DNA of 64,000 bases. It comes from a virus (Duplodnaviria; Caudoviricetes). The position numbers and the translations under genes are program-made. The stretch spans positions 1 through 64,000 of IMG/VR virus record IMGVR_UViG_3300013121_000033. The stretch is one strand, 5' to 3'. This document shows, piece after piece, positions 44,679 to 54,600 of this stretch (positions within the stretch are counted from its first letter, which is position 1; every line of letters begins with the position of its first letter). The notes under the pieces are model-generated. The model saw only the letters and a program-made list of their open reading frames with translations. It did no database searches and was not told the origin of the DNA.

Positions 44679-45599
44679 TTAGCCGTGGACCTCGTAGTCG
44701 ACATCGGGCCGGTCGCCCTTCACCCGCACCCGGGCCGGATGCCAGAACTTCCCTTCGTACTTGCCGAACAGGAGGCCCCGGTTGTACTTCTCGCCGTAGT
44801 GGGCGAAGTGGCCTCTGGTCGGGGAGAACTCGCCGGTGCCTTCGCCGAGCGGGGTGCCCTTCGACCCTGCGCGCCGCGGGCCGGGCGGGTACACATGGAT
44901 CGTCTTCACGACGACCCCACCACCGGCGCGTTCGATGCGCCGCCGCTCGGCCCGCGGTCGGGCCGGTTCGGCGACGTCGACGTTCGACGCGTTCAGGAAG
45001 TTCAGGGTCCGCAGGAGGGTCAGCATCTCCATCGTGAAGTCGGCGCCGGTCGCCGAGTAGGAGGGGGACAGGTCGGCCCAGGAAAGGTCGGCCATCTCGC
45101 CGTCGTCGTAGACCGCGATGCGCCACAGGTACGCGGGGCCGAGCGTGGCGAGGTCGCGGTCCTCGGTGTCGGAGCGGCCGCCGACGTAGAGGTGGGCGGT
45201 GAGCCGCCAACGGACCCGGTCCCAGTCGATCGGGTCTGCGGTGTCCCAGCGGTCGGAGATCGAGGTGTCAGCGACGAGGACGTGGAGGACGAGGACGTTG
45301 CCGTAGGCGTTGACGAAGCTGACCGCCATTTCCTCGAACGGTGGGGCGATGCACGGGTGGTCGCCGTATAGGTCCACGGGGACGCCGTCGGGGATCGACT
45401 GGCGGATCGCGGTGGCGTCGATCACGACGGGGTCCCGACCGCGGACGAGGGAGTGGGCGAGGCGGGCAGCTTCGATGCCGGGGATCAGGGTGCCGTCCGT
45501 GGCGGTGAGCATCCGGCCCTTGACGTCGACCGGGCGGACCCGCCCGGCGCGCAGGTCAGCGATCACCTTTGCGATCGCCTCGGCGTTGGATGTGCTCAT
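44679..45599 (-). CDS. Conserved phage protein with C-terminal RGH motif
   Basis: RAERRR, TRGHFAHY, FW.P. Confidence 0.65.
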   Translation of the reverse strand: MSTSNAEAIAKVIADLRAGRVRPVDVKGRMLTATDGTLIPGIEAARLAHSLVRGRDPVVIDATAIRQSIPDGVPVDLYGDHPCIAPPFEEMAVSFVNAYGNVLVLHVLVADTSISDRWDTADPIDWDRVRWRLTAHLYVGGRSDTEDRDLATLGPAYLWRIAVYDDGEMADLSWADLSPSYSATGADFTMEMLTLLRTLNFLNASNVDVAEPARPRAERRRIERAGGGVVVKTIHVYPPGPRRAGSKGTPLGEGTGEFSPTRGHFAHYGEKYNRGLLFGKYEGKFWHPARVRVKGDRPDVDYEVHG

Positions 45600-46039
45600 C
45601 GTGGCATCCGTGCGTGGTCGGGGCACCGTGTGGGGGTCACGGTCCACCCGTGAGTCTCGAAGAAGTCGCGGGCCTCGTCGTCGGTGACCCGCTCGACGTT
45701 GTCGCCGTCGAGGCGGTCGCGTCGCCCGCAGTCGATGCAGTCGACGAACACGCCGTTCACTCCGAGGTTCACGGGCCGCCCTGCGACCTGGATGCCGAGG
45801 ACGTCGTTCGGGATGTATCGGGTGCCCCGTGGCGGCGGGGCGGGTTGGACGGTGACCTCGACATCGAAGATCGACCGCTCGTAGGTGGACCGGATCATGG
45901 CGGCCCACCGCTCCGCCTCGGCACGGTCGGCCCACGTCTTGGCCTTGTCGGGTGTCCGTGACTCGCCGACGCCGCTCACCTTGCTCTGGTAGGTGACGCG
46001 GCCGGTGCGCCGGTTGCGTTGCTGAACGATCCAACTCAC
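45596..46039 (-). CDS. Hypothetical Zn-binding protein
   Basis: CIDC...GW....CPDH. Confidence 0.55.
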   Translation of the reverse strand: MSWIVQQRNRRTGRVTYQSKVSGVGESRTPDKAKTWADRAEAERWAAMIRSTYERSIFDVEVTVQPAPPPRGTRYIPNDVLGIQVAGRPVNLGVNGVFVDCIDCGRRDRLDGDNVERVTDDEARDFFETHGWTVTPTRCPDHARMPR

Positions 46040-46323
46040 GATGCGCCTCGCAGCTTGGTGACTCGGTGGACGGTCTTGACGCGGTCGGGGTGGAACGACC
46101 GGAAGTGGACTGGTTCCCCGGCGCGGGCCTTGCCGAGGCAGGTGATCCACTCTGCGCCCGGCGGGGTGCGGACGTGCTCGACGAACCGGTAGCGGCCCGG
46201 GACCCCACGGATCGAGAGTTCGGTGCCAGAGACGACACGGCGGCCGTTCACGGTGATCTCGGCGGACCGTTCCCAGTCGGCGTCGACCAGGCCGACAGCG
46301 GTGGTCGTGCGGCGGCGGGTCAC
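46036..46323 (-). CDS. Small SH3-like actinophage protein
   Basis: IRG..GRYRF..HV...EWI...FRSF.PDRV. Confidence 0.65.
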   Translation of the reverse strand: MTRRRTTTAVGLVDADWERSAEITVNGRRVVSGTELSIRGVPGRYRFVEHVRTPPGAEWITCLGKARAGEPVHFRSFHPDRVKTVHRVTKLRGAS

Positions 46324-46649
46324 GCCGTCACCGTCCCGGTGACAGCGTCGCTCGTCCACTCGACCCACCCGTCGGTCGACCACTGAACGGTGACCCGGCG
46401 GTGCTCGCAGAACTCGGTGACGAGGTGCGGACGCCAGACCCGGTGGCGGGTGGTGCCGTCGGCGCAGTCGTGGACCTCTGTCAGGGTCCAGCCGTCAGCG
46501 GCGATCGCGTCGACTGCGACGAGTTGACCGAGGTCGCGGGCGACGGCGGAGAAGCAGGGGCCGTCGAAGTGTTGGGTGCCAGCGGCGTTCGAGCCGTAGA
46601 CCCGGTCCGTCGGCGGGTGGTAGTGGATGGTGGTGTCGTCGTTGTCCAT
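46320..46649 (-). CDS. Hypothetical leaderless protein (MDND...)
   Basis: TAGGGT-6-ATG. Confidence 0.6.
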   Translation of the reverse strand: MDNDDTTIHYHPPTDRVYGSNAAGTQHFDGPCFSAVARDLGQLVAVDAIAADGWTLTEVHDCADGTTRHRVWRPHLVTEFCEHRRVTVQWSTDGWVEWTSDAVTGTVTA

Positions 46650-46705
46650 GCCCACACCCTACCAGAGTGTTGACGTGACCACAACACCCGGTGTATGGTG
46701 GGGCC
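46650..46705. promoter_or_regulatory. Overlapping divergent leaderless promoters
   Basis: +: TTGACG-18-TATGGT-6-ATG; -: TTGTGG-17-TAGGGT-6-ATG. Confidence 0.75.
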
Positions 46706-47089
46706 ATGGACAACGACACCGAAACCACCGCCCCAACCGTTCCCGTCACCGTGACGGTCCTCCACACCAGCGACCTGTCCGCCTACATCCTCGCCGGACG
46801 CGGCGACCGGATCGACTACAGCGACGTCACCGACCGCGACGGCAACCCCGTCACCTGGACCGAGGTGTTCACCTTCCCCGCCAACATCGACCCCGGCGCC
46901 GACGGCGTCCTCACCCTCTGCGAAACGGCCTTCCAGGTGTTCAACATCGGCGAGACGGGCATCGCCGCCGACTACCGGGCGAAGGACCTGCGGTCCCTCT
47001 CGTGCGGCGACCGACTCCGGATCGCCTACCCCGACAGCGTCGACACCTACGAGGTCGCCAGCTTCGGGTTCGAACGGGTCACCGACTGA
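46706..47089 (+). CDS. Leaderless protein (MDND...) with YodL-like RSLS.GD motif
   Basis: F.VFN...RSLSCGD...Y.VASFGF. Confidence 0.6.
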   Translation: MDNDTETTAPTVPVTVTVLHTSDLSAYILAGRGDRIDYSDVTDRDGNPVTWTEVFTFPANIDPGADGVLTLCETAFQVFNIGETGIAADYRAKDLRSLSCGDRLRIAYPDSVDTYEVASFGFERVTD

Positions 47090-47090
47090 C

Positions 47091-48068
47091 CTACTTCCGC
47101 TTGTCCGGATCGCCCATCAACTGACCGTCCCGACGTCGCCGCACCCGCGGCGACTCGGGAAGCGCCAAGATCGCGTCCGCCGCACGTCGAGCAGACCCGC
47201 CGTCCCGGTAGGCGTACACCTTCGCGACCATCGCCTCGCGCGCCGCCCGCACATCAAGCGGGTCCGACAACGCATACGCGACAGCAGGACCCAAGCCGCC
47301 CGGCTGATTCACCACCACCTGCCCGTTCGGCCAATCCCAGAACCGGCCGCCGTGCCACACCCGCCGCCGGTACTTCGGCGAGTTCAGGAACACGACCGGC
47401 CGCCCCGTCGCAGCGAACTCGGGAAGCATGCTCGTGTTGTCAGCGGCAAGCAGCGAAGCCTCCGACATCACCTCGTCGTAGGACACGGTCCGCACCCCGA
47501 GCGCCGCCCACTCGTCGAGCAGCCGCCCCTCCCACTTCGGGTGCTCATGCCCCACGACGTCACCGCCACCGGCACGAACCGAGTCGACGAACTCGCTCAT
47601 CGCCGCCCGATAGTGGAACCACGCCGACGACGCCTCCGAACACACCAGGTCAGCGTCCCAGTGGAACGTCACCGCCACCAGCCCCGGCGTCGGCTCGACC
47701 GGGTCCAGCAACCACCGGTCGAGCGCCGGACACCCGACCACCGCAACCTTCGCCTTCCGGTACGTCGCCTTCCATGCCTCCGCTACCTGCCGGTTCGGGG
47801 TGACGAACAAGGCGACATGCCCGAGCCCAGTCGCACCGGCGAACCCCCGCCGCATCGACGACCTGTCCCCCCCGTAGGTTTGACCGGCTCCGTGTTCCAG
47901 CATGACGAGAGCCCGTGACGGGAGACGGTCAGCGTCCGCCCACGACGCGACGATCGTGTAGTCCGCTTCCTTCGGGTCGTCGCAACGCACCGACTCGGGC
48001 AACGCGTCCCACACAGGCAGGATGTGGCGGGCGTAGTGGCGCAACGTCGCGAACCGGGCGATCTTCAT
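47091..48068 (-). CDS. GT-B fold glycosyl/glycerophosphotransferase
   Basis: EHG, VGCPALD, H.HP, DNTSMLPEFAATGRPVVFLN. Confidence 0.8.
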   Translation of the reverse strand: MKIARFATLRHYARHILPVWDALPESVRCDDPKEADYTIVASWADADRLPSRALVMLEHGAGQTYGGDRSSMRRGFAGATGLGHVALFVTPNRQVAEAWKATYRKAKVAVVGCPALDRWLLDPVEPTPGLVAVTFHWDADLVCSEASSAWFHYRAAMSEFVDSVRAGGGDVVGHEHPKWEGRLLDEWAALGVRTVSYDEVMSEASLLAADNTSMLPEFAATGRPVVFLNSPKYRRRVWHGGRFWDWPNGQVVVNQPGGLGPAVAYALSDPLDVRAAREAMVAKVYAYRDGGSARRAADAILALPESPRVRRRRDGQLMGDPDKRK

Positions 48069-48155
48069 GACCAGCGACCATACGCGACAGAGAGGGGCCG
48101 GGCCGTGAAGCCCGACCCCCCTCCGGTCAGGGGGTACTCGGTGAAGCCGCTGGGA

Positions 48156-50120
48156 TCAGGAGAAGTCGCAGTCGGCGGGCTCGACACCGTTGGCGCGGGC
48201 ACCGTTGGCGCACGCCGAGATGTCGATGGTCGCCGACGGCGAGCAGCCGGTCTTGGCGAGCGACAGCCACTCCTTCGAGAACCAGAGCTTCTTGTTCTGG
48301 CGGACCAGGTTGCCGTCGACCATCCAGCCCGTCGCCTGCTCGCCGGTCGCCGAGTACAGGTAGTCGGCGGGGGCGATGAGGCGGACCCGGTTCGTCGTCG
48401 GCAGCGCCGGGATCGAGTCGGCCGAGCCGCCCACCGTGGTGAGAGCGTCGAACGCACCCGACTTGAAGTCCCGGAGGAACTTCACCCGGACACCGGTCTG
48501 GTCCTCGATGTAGGCGACGAGTTCCGCCGCCCGACCGCGGGTCGTCTGGGCGAACACTCGACGGTTCTCGTCGTTGATGAGCCGCTTGATGTGACCCGGC
48601 TCCAACCAGAGGTCGTAGTCGCCCTCGTCCAGCCGCTCGCGGTACGTCAACTGCGGGAGCAGTTCGTTGACCGCGTCGATGAGGGCGACCAGGGCGCCGA
48701 CATCGGTGTAGGTCGCCGTGTACGGGTGGGCGGTGGCGTCGAACTTGGTCAGGAGGTACTGCTCACGCACCCGGGCACGCACGACGGCGAGCTTGTGCAT
48801 GAACTCCTCGACCCGCTCGGGCTGGCTGATCTCGGTCGAGTCATCGACTCGGGCCGAGGCGACCAGTTCCTCCGCCTTCACCGGGACGGCGTCGGCGCAG
48901 GTGATGTCGACCGTCGGCTTCCAGGTCGACGAGTCGTCGTCGTCGATGCCTTCCTGGTCGTCCTCGCCCCAGATCGCGACGCCGTCCTCGACCTCGTCGG
49001 ATGCGATCGCCGGGAAGTGCTGGAACCCGAGGCGACCGATCGGCCGCGACGGCAGCGAGTCCGCGAACGGCGAATCGACGATGCCGCACATCGGGATGTC
49101 CCGGAGGATGTCCAGCGGCTCGCAGATCGCGGCGGTCACGCCGGGGAGCGGCGCCAGACCGGCACGCTTCCGCTTGAACGCTGCGACCGTCTCGGCGATG
49201 AGGAGCGTCGCACGGTCCGGGCCGGTGTTGCGGTCCAGCACCTCGACCGGCATGTCGGCCGTGTCCTCGAACGGCTTGAGGGAGGCGATCACGCCGGAGA
49301 CGGCGCCGCCGCCGGGGCCGGGGCGGACGGACCGCACGGCCTCGATCATCTCGCCGATCTGGCCGTAGTTGACCTCCTCGCCCTGACGGACGACCGACTG
49401 GCCGCCCATGGCGACGAAGCTGGTGCGGGGCCGCTCGAACGCCGCGGCATCGGCGACCGGTCGACCGTCGGCGACGACGGCGGCGGTGACACCGGCCCCG
49501 GCCAACTCGCGGTCACCGGCTGCGTCGGCGGTGAATGCCTCGGCCTGGGCGACGGTGTCGGCCAGGGCGTCGGCGCTGGGCTCGTTGCTCTCGGGGGTCT
49601 GTGCCACCGTCGTCTCCTGCTCTGCGAGGGCACCCGCCGTGGGTGCCGTGGTGGAAGCATCCACCGTGGACGTGTCACCGCCCTGCACCGGGGCCTCGGC
49701 GGGTGCCTCGGCGACCGGAGTGGACGGGGCTTCTGCGACCTCGGCCGGGGCCTCGGTCACCTCGGTGGCCGCCTCCACCTCGGTGGGCGGCTCGGCCTCG
49801 GTCGCCTCCGCGGCGGCGTCGACCTCCGGCTCCACCTCGGCCTCGGCGACCGGCTCGACGAGGGCGACGTCCTCGACGATCTCGACGCTGCGCAGCTTGT
49901 TGATCGCTTCGGCGATCTCGTTGCGCTGCGCCTTGAGCGACTTCATCTGGTCGCTCCACTGCAACGTCCGCTTCTCGCCGTCGAGAGCAGCGATCGTCTC
50001 GGTCAGGCGGCCGTGCTCCGAGAGCAGGTCGTCGACGTCCATGGCGGTGAGGTCGAGAGCCTGGCCCTCGACCTCGGCGGCCTCCGTCGCGGCCTCGGCG
50101 TTCTCCGGGGTCTGGTCCAT
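48156..50120 (-). CDS. Major capsid hexamer-type protein with N-terminal scaffold-like region
   Basis: Coiled coil plus long acidic Ala/Glu linker, then AAICEP..Y/D..LPS..R.G.., K...I.C capsid core; ATG at 50120. Confidence 0.75.
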   Translation of the reverse strand: MDQTPENAEAATEAAEVEGQALDLTAMDVDDLLSEHGRLTETIAALDGEKRTLQWSDQMKSLKAQRNEIAEAINKLRSVEIVEDVALVEPVAEAEVEPEVDAAAEATEAEPPTEVEAATEVTEAPAEVAEAPSTPVAEAPAEAPVQGGDTSTVDASTTAPTAGALAEQETTVAQTPESNEPSADALADTVAQAEAFTADAAGDRELAGAGVTAAVVADGRPVADAAAFERPRTSFVAMGGQSVVRQGEEVNYGQIGEMIEAVRSVRPGPGGGAVSGVIASLKPFEDTADMPVEVLDRNTGPDRATLLIAETVAAFKRKRAGLAPLPGVTAAICEPLDILRDIPMCGIVDSPFADSLPSRPIGRLGFQHFPAIASDEVEDGVAIWGEDDQEGIDDDDSSTWKPTVDITCADAVPVKAEELVASARVDDSTEISQPERVEEFMHKLAVVRARVREQYLLTKFDATAHPYTATYTDVGALVALIDAVNELLPQLTYRERLDEGDYDLWLEPGHIKRLINDENRRVFAQTTRGRAAELVAYIEDQTGVRVKFLRDFKSGAFDALTTVGGSADSIPALPTTNRVRLIAPADYLYSATGEQATGWMVDGNLVRQNKKLWFSKEWLSLAKTGCSPSATIDISACANGARANGVEPADCDFS

Positions 50121-50229
50121 GGGATCGGGTCCTCCGTCGTGGTCCTCGCCGCCCCCGGGGTGGGGGTTGCGACTGTTGACGTCAACCGGAGGATCGACCG
50201 CCGGTATCAGACGGTCGACATCATCGGAC

Positions 50230-50247
50230 CTGGACGTGTCACGACCG
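50230..50247 (-). promoter_or_regulatory. Late promoter motif upstream of the hexamer gene
   Basis: CGGTCGTGACACGTCCAG. Confidence 0.7.
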
Positions 50248-50442
50248 TGTAAACGGCGGGACCACGAGCGTGTCGCCATCGCGCACAACGTGACGCACCT
50301 GGCTTGAGTTCCGTGCGAGGAAGCGGTCCAAGTCCTCGTCGGAAGCGAACCGGCGGATGGCGCCGGTGAGGTTCATGATGCCGGGGCCGACGATGCGTTC
50401 GCTGCCGTCGCCGCGCTGACCGCCGCAGGATGCGCAGGCCAT
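50239..50442 (-). CDS. Small Cys-rich protein (MACASCGG...)
   Basis: MxCxxCG proteins commonly precede actinophage capsid genes. Confidence 0.6.
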   Translation of the reverse strand: MACASCGGQRGDGSERIVGPGIMNLTGAIRRFASDEDLDRFLARNSSQVRHVVRDGDTLVVPPFTRS

Positions 50443-50684
50443 CAGTCGGACGTCAACGTGACAGCGTCGGGGTCCTCGGGCGGCTCGGCGATCGACGCGC
50501 CGCCGCCCGGGTCCTCGTCCTCGATCTCGACAACGGGGACGTCGTTGACGCGCATCTCGGCCAGGGTCGACTCGATGCCGTCGACACGACGCTGGATCGC
50601 GTCGACACGTTCAGCGAGGTCGGCGGGCAGGTCCCCTTGCGCCTGGGCTCGTTCGACGGTGGCAGCAGCGTTCTCGACGTCCAT
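50442..50684 (-). CDS. Small coiled-coil head-module protein
   Basis: Coupled ORF. Confidence 0.6.
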   Translation of the reverse strand: MDVENAAATVERAQAQGDLPADLAERVDAIQRRVDGIESTLAEMRVNDVPVVEIEDEDPGGGASIAEPPEDPDAVTLTSD

Positions 50685-50711
50685 GAGCGTCGAGGATAGA
50701 TGCCGGGAGTG

Positions 50712-51335
50712 TCAGCCCCGTGGGTTCGCTGCGATCTGCTTCGCCTGCCAGCGTGACGCTTCGTCAGCGGCGCGTTCCCACATCGGGTAGATCGGGTCGC
50801 TCTGATCCGGGCTCGGGCCGAACATCTTCGCTGCGAACGCCGACGGGGCGAGGGTCGAATCGGCGTTCGCCTGGAACGACGCGACGACCGCGGCCTGTGC
50901 GTCGGTGTCACCGTTGACGGCAGCCCCGACAACGGACTCGGTGAGCCCGGAGGGGAACACGACATCGGGGGGTGCGGTCAGCGACGCGATGACACCGACC
51001 TTGCGTTCGATCCGGTCCAGGTGCGCTTCGAGCACGTTGAGCGCCGCGGTGACTGCTTCGGTCGAGACGTACGGTTCCGGTTCGAGGTTCACGTCGACTT
51101 CGCCGTCGGCGTACACGGACGACAGGAGCTTGAACGGGACCGCTTGTGCCGGGTCCTGCGTCTCCAACCACACCTGTGTGTCGTCCTCGGGTGGGTCGGC
51201 GGAGTACGAGAGCAGCTTGCCGTCGGGGGTGACGGCTGCGACGTAGACGTCCTGAACGGCTTGAGCGTCGGCGGCTGTCGTAGCGACGTCCGTCAGGTCG
51301 TTGGGGTCCCCGGGGGCGGTGTCCTGCGGTTCCAC
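50712..51335 (-). CDS. Head-module protein sharing its N-terminal domain with the 1481-aa protein
   Basis: VYV...TPDG.LLS...VW...AVP...VD..LEPEPY..VTAA; leaderless GTG. Confidence 0.7.
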   Translation of the reverse strand: MEPQDTAPGDPNDLTDVATTAADAQAVQDVYVAAVTPDGKLLSYSADPPEDDTQVWLETQDPAQAVPFKLLSSVYADGEVDVNLEPEPYVSTEAVTAALNVLEAHLDRIERKVGVIASLTAPPDVVFPSGLTESVVGAAVNGDTDAQAAVVASFQANADSTLAPSAFAAKMFGPSPDQSDPIYPMWERAADEASRWQAKQIAANPRG

Positions 51336-51361
51336 AGCGGCAAGTATGTCGCGTGGGTGGG

Positions 51362-51643
51362 TCAGGAGGTCGCTTGGACGAGCGCTCGCCTGTCTCGGGC
51401 TTCGCGGATGCGCTTGAGGTCGTCCTCGGGGTGAGTGCCGGTCGGGTGCGTCCACGGGTTGAACCCGCCGTGGTCACCGTCACCGATCGCGAAGTACGCG
51501 GCGTTCGGGTCGACGGGCGGTTCGAATGTGGGGACGTTGACCTTGCCGGTGTCGTAGGCGTCGACCACGTCGTCCGCGGTGACGTTGCCTTGGATGTAGG
51601 CGTAGTAGAGCCGGTCCTCGCTGTTGTCGTCGTCCACGTCCAC
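51362..51643 (-). CDS. Small acidic protein
   Basis: AAGGGA RBS; directly downstream of the Zeta-domain protein. Confidence 0.55.
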   Translation of the reverse strand: MDVDDDNSEDRLYYAYIQGNVTADDVVDAYDTGKVNVPTFEPPVDPNAAYFAIGDGDHGGFNPWTHPTGTHPEDDLKRIREARDRRALVQATS

Positions 51644-51685
51644 TCCCTTCACACCCACCAATGTAGGGATCACGTCAACAAGGCG

Positions 51686-54600
51686 TCAACCTGCGGGGGC
51701 GGCGGGACCGGCGACGGGTTCACCTGCCGGGACCACTTCCCATTCGGATGTCGTCCCGGAGAGGAACCCTGAGGGGATACCGCCACCGACGCCGATCTGA
51801 GCCCACGTCCCGTCGGGCTGCTTCACGAGGGGGACGCCGCGGCCGTCGACCCGTCGGATCGTTGTTCCTGCCTGCTCGGCGTCGAATCCGGAAGTGTCGC
51901 CGCGCTTGATCCGCTTCCGCTTCGGCGGAGTCGGCGTGGATGGCTTGTCGGACTGTGGGACTTCGGTGGTGAGCGGGCGGATGCCAGCCGGGCGGCTGCC
52001 GTCGCCTTCGACGTCGACACGCCAGTCGGCGTCGAAGGCGATGTCCTCGTCGGTGAACTCGGTGCCGGACGAATCGACCCATGTGCCGGTCGAGGTGCGG
52101 CGGAGTTGGTCGCCGACGCCGTCTGTTCGAGAGATGCGCGAGTCGGTGGGGAGCGCAGCGAGCGCGTCCGGGGTGTGCTTCGGGATCACAGTCGCGAGGC
52201 GTGCCCGGTTGTCGACCACGACTCCGTCGGTGAACAGCCCGTCGGCGAGCATCGCGTCGAAGTTGTCATCGACACTCGACGCAGCCCCGGGGAGTTGCGG
52301 TGCCGCGGTATCCCACGTTTGCGGCGGCACGAGGCGCCCACCGTCGGGGGTGGCGGCACCGCGTGCGTAGCGGTCGAGAGCGGATCGGCGTGAACCATCG
52401 AGCGTGATCCGGGCGTTGATCCCGACCCGTTCGTCGTAGCCGCGGTCGACGAGTTGTTGGACCTTCTTCTGGACGCCGCCGCGGGACACGAGGGTGCCGT
52501 CCAACGCGACGTTGTAGCCCTCGTCGATGAGCCGCTGCCACAGGGCCTTCGACAGGTACGACGACTCTTCGTGGGTGAGGCCGACCGTCTCCATCGGCTT
52601 GAGCCCTTCGACGTGCGGGTAGGCGCCGTGGTGGATCAGCGCTTCCTTCATGAGGTCGGGGTTGACGACGACGTGGGTGACACCGTCGGGGATGTCACCG
52701 GTGCCGGGCTCGAACATGACGAACCCGCGTTCGGCGGCCGGTCCACCCGGTTGCAGGGCGGTGGATTTCCCGGCGCCGGGGAGGCCCGCCATGATGACCG
52801 CACGACGTTCCTTCGGGACCTTCCCTTCGACCTGGCTGATGATGTCGTCGATGATCTGCTGGTGGAGGGCCTGGCGTTCCGGTGTCCATTCGTCGCCGTT
52901 GGGGCCGAGACGGTTCTCCAAGACGTGCGTGTCGAGCGGGCTGTCGGTGAGCGCGAGGTCGGAGAGGATCGCGGTGAGGGCCGCAGCGCGGTCGTAGGGC
53001 CGGTCGAACCCGGGGACGGACGCGACTGCTTCCTCGACCTGCGTGCGGAACCCTTGCGCCTCGGGGGTGAACCGCAACCCGACGTCGGCGTCGGGAAGGT
53101 TGACACCCTTGTCGATGGCTGCCTTGATCTTCTCGATGTCGCCGGGGTCGGCCTCGGGACCGGAGAACACTGAGGCGCCGGGGATGCCGACTTCGGCGGT
53201 GTACGCGTTCGCGAGAGCGAGGAGTTCGGTGATCGGCATGTCGATCCGTTGGATGTCCATGTCGGCTGCGCCGTCACCGTTCGCGAGGGCGTACGCAGCT
53301 TGGGCGGCCCACCGGTGGTGGCCGTCGACGACGTAGTCGTCGGACGACACGAAGATCGTGCCGCGCACAGCGTTCGGGTCGACTCCGATGTCCCGGTAGA
53401 TCGCTGCAACCTTGGCGCCGTCGAGTTCCGCTTGGGACGCCTTGAGCATCGACGGGTTGATCCGTTCGTCGGTGACCGTGACACCGGTCGAGCGGACGTA
53501 GTCGACGAACTGGTCGCCGACGTTCACCCACCCTTGGTCGTCGCGAGGGAGTGAGGCCGCCATGGTCCCGGGGAGCGGGTCCGGCGACGAGAACTGCGGC
53601 ATGTGGATGCGTTCGATCCCTTTGTTGTCCGCACAGAACAGGTTCGTGCCGGGTACGGACACGAGGCACAGGTCGTACTTGGGTGCGTCCGCTCCGGCGG
53701 CGACCGCTTCCTTCACCATCTCGTCGAGCTTGTCGACGAGAGTGGATACCTGGCGTTCGTGCGCGAGTTGGACATGCTGCTTCTGTGCGATGAGCGCGGC
53801 CGCTGTCTGGACGTCGGTGGTCTGGAACGGGTTCGCCTTGGTTCCGTCGCCAGCGGTCACCTGGTCGGCGAGGTCCGGGGTCAGATCAACCTTGGACAGG
53901 TCCGCCGTCGACCCCGAGGCTGCCGGGCTGGCGGCTTCGGGGTAGGAGACGACCTTGCCGGTGATGCCGTTGACGTTGATGGCGCTCGCTACGTTGCCGT
54001 GCTCGTCGCTGATCGTGCCGTCGTCGTTCAACGTGATCGTGTCGGCGAGGCCGTCAACCTTGAACTTCGTTCCGGCCGGGTACTTCGACGTGTCGATCTG
54101 ATGCTCGGTGTCGACCTCGGGGCGGTCCATGGCAGGAGAACTGACGGTGGGGAACCGTGACTTTGGGGGTTCACCCGCCGATGCTGCACGGTCAGCTTCG
54201 CGTTGTTGGCGGGCCGCTTCTTCCGCTGCGCGGCGGGCGGAGCGTTCTGCGCGGCGGGCGTCTCGGTCGGCAGCGACCTTCTCCCAGTCGGTGTTCCCGG
54301 TGTCCGGTTCCTGCGGCGCCCCATCGGGGAAGTACCCCCACTCCATGAGGTCATCGCCCGCGTACCGGACACTGTCGGCGGGAACCTGTTCGGACACGAC
54401 AACACCGGGGCCACCCGCGATGTTGGACGCGGCGTGCTGCTCTGCGTAGCTCCGGGAGAGCGTCACCCAATCGCCCTGGCCGAACGCCTTGCCCTGGTCG
54501 GCGACATCGGAAGGGACAGCCCGGTAGATCGTGACGGTCGCATCGGGGTTGCCGTCGACTGACCGGAGCGCGGCCATTGTCTCATCGACACCACCCGGGT

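Noticed and set aside
48024-50252. 742-aa + strand ORF
   Set aside because: Antisense shadow of the hexamer capsid gene.
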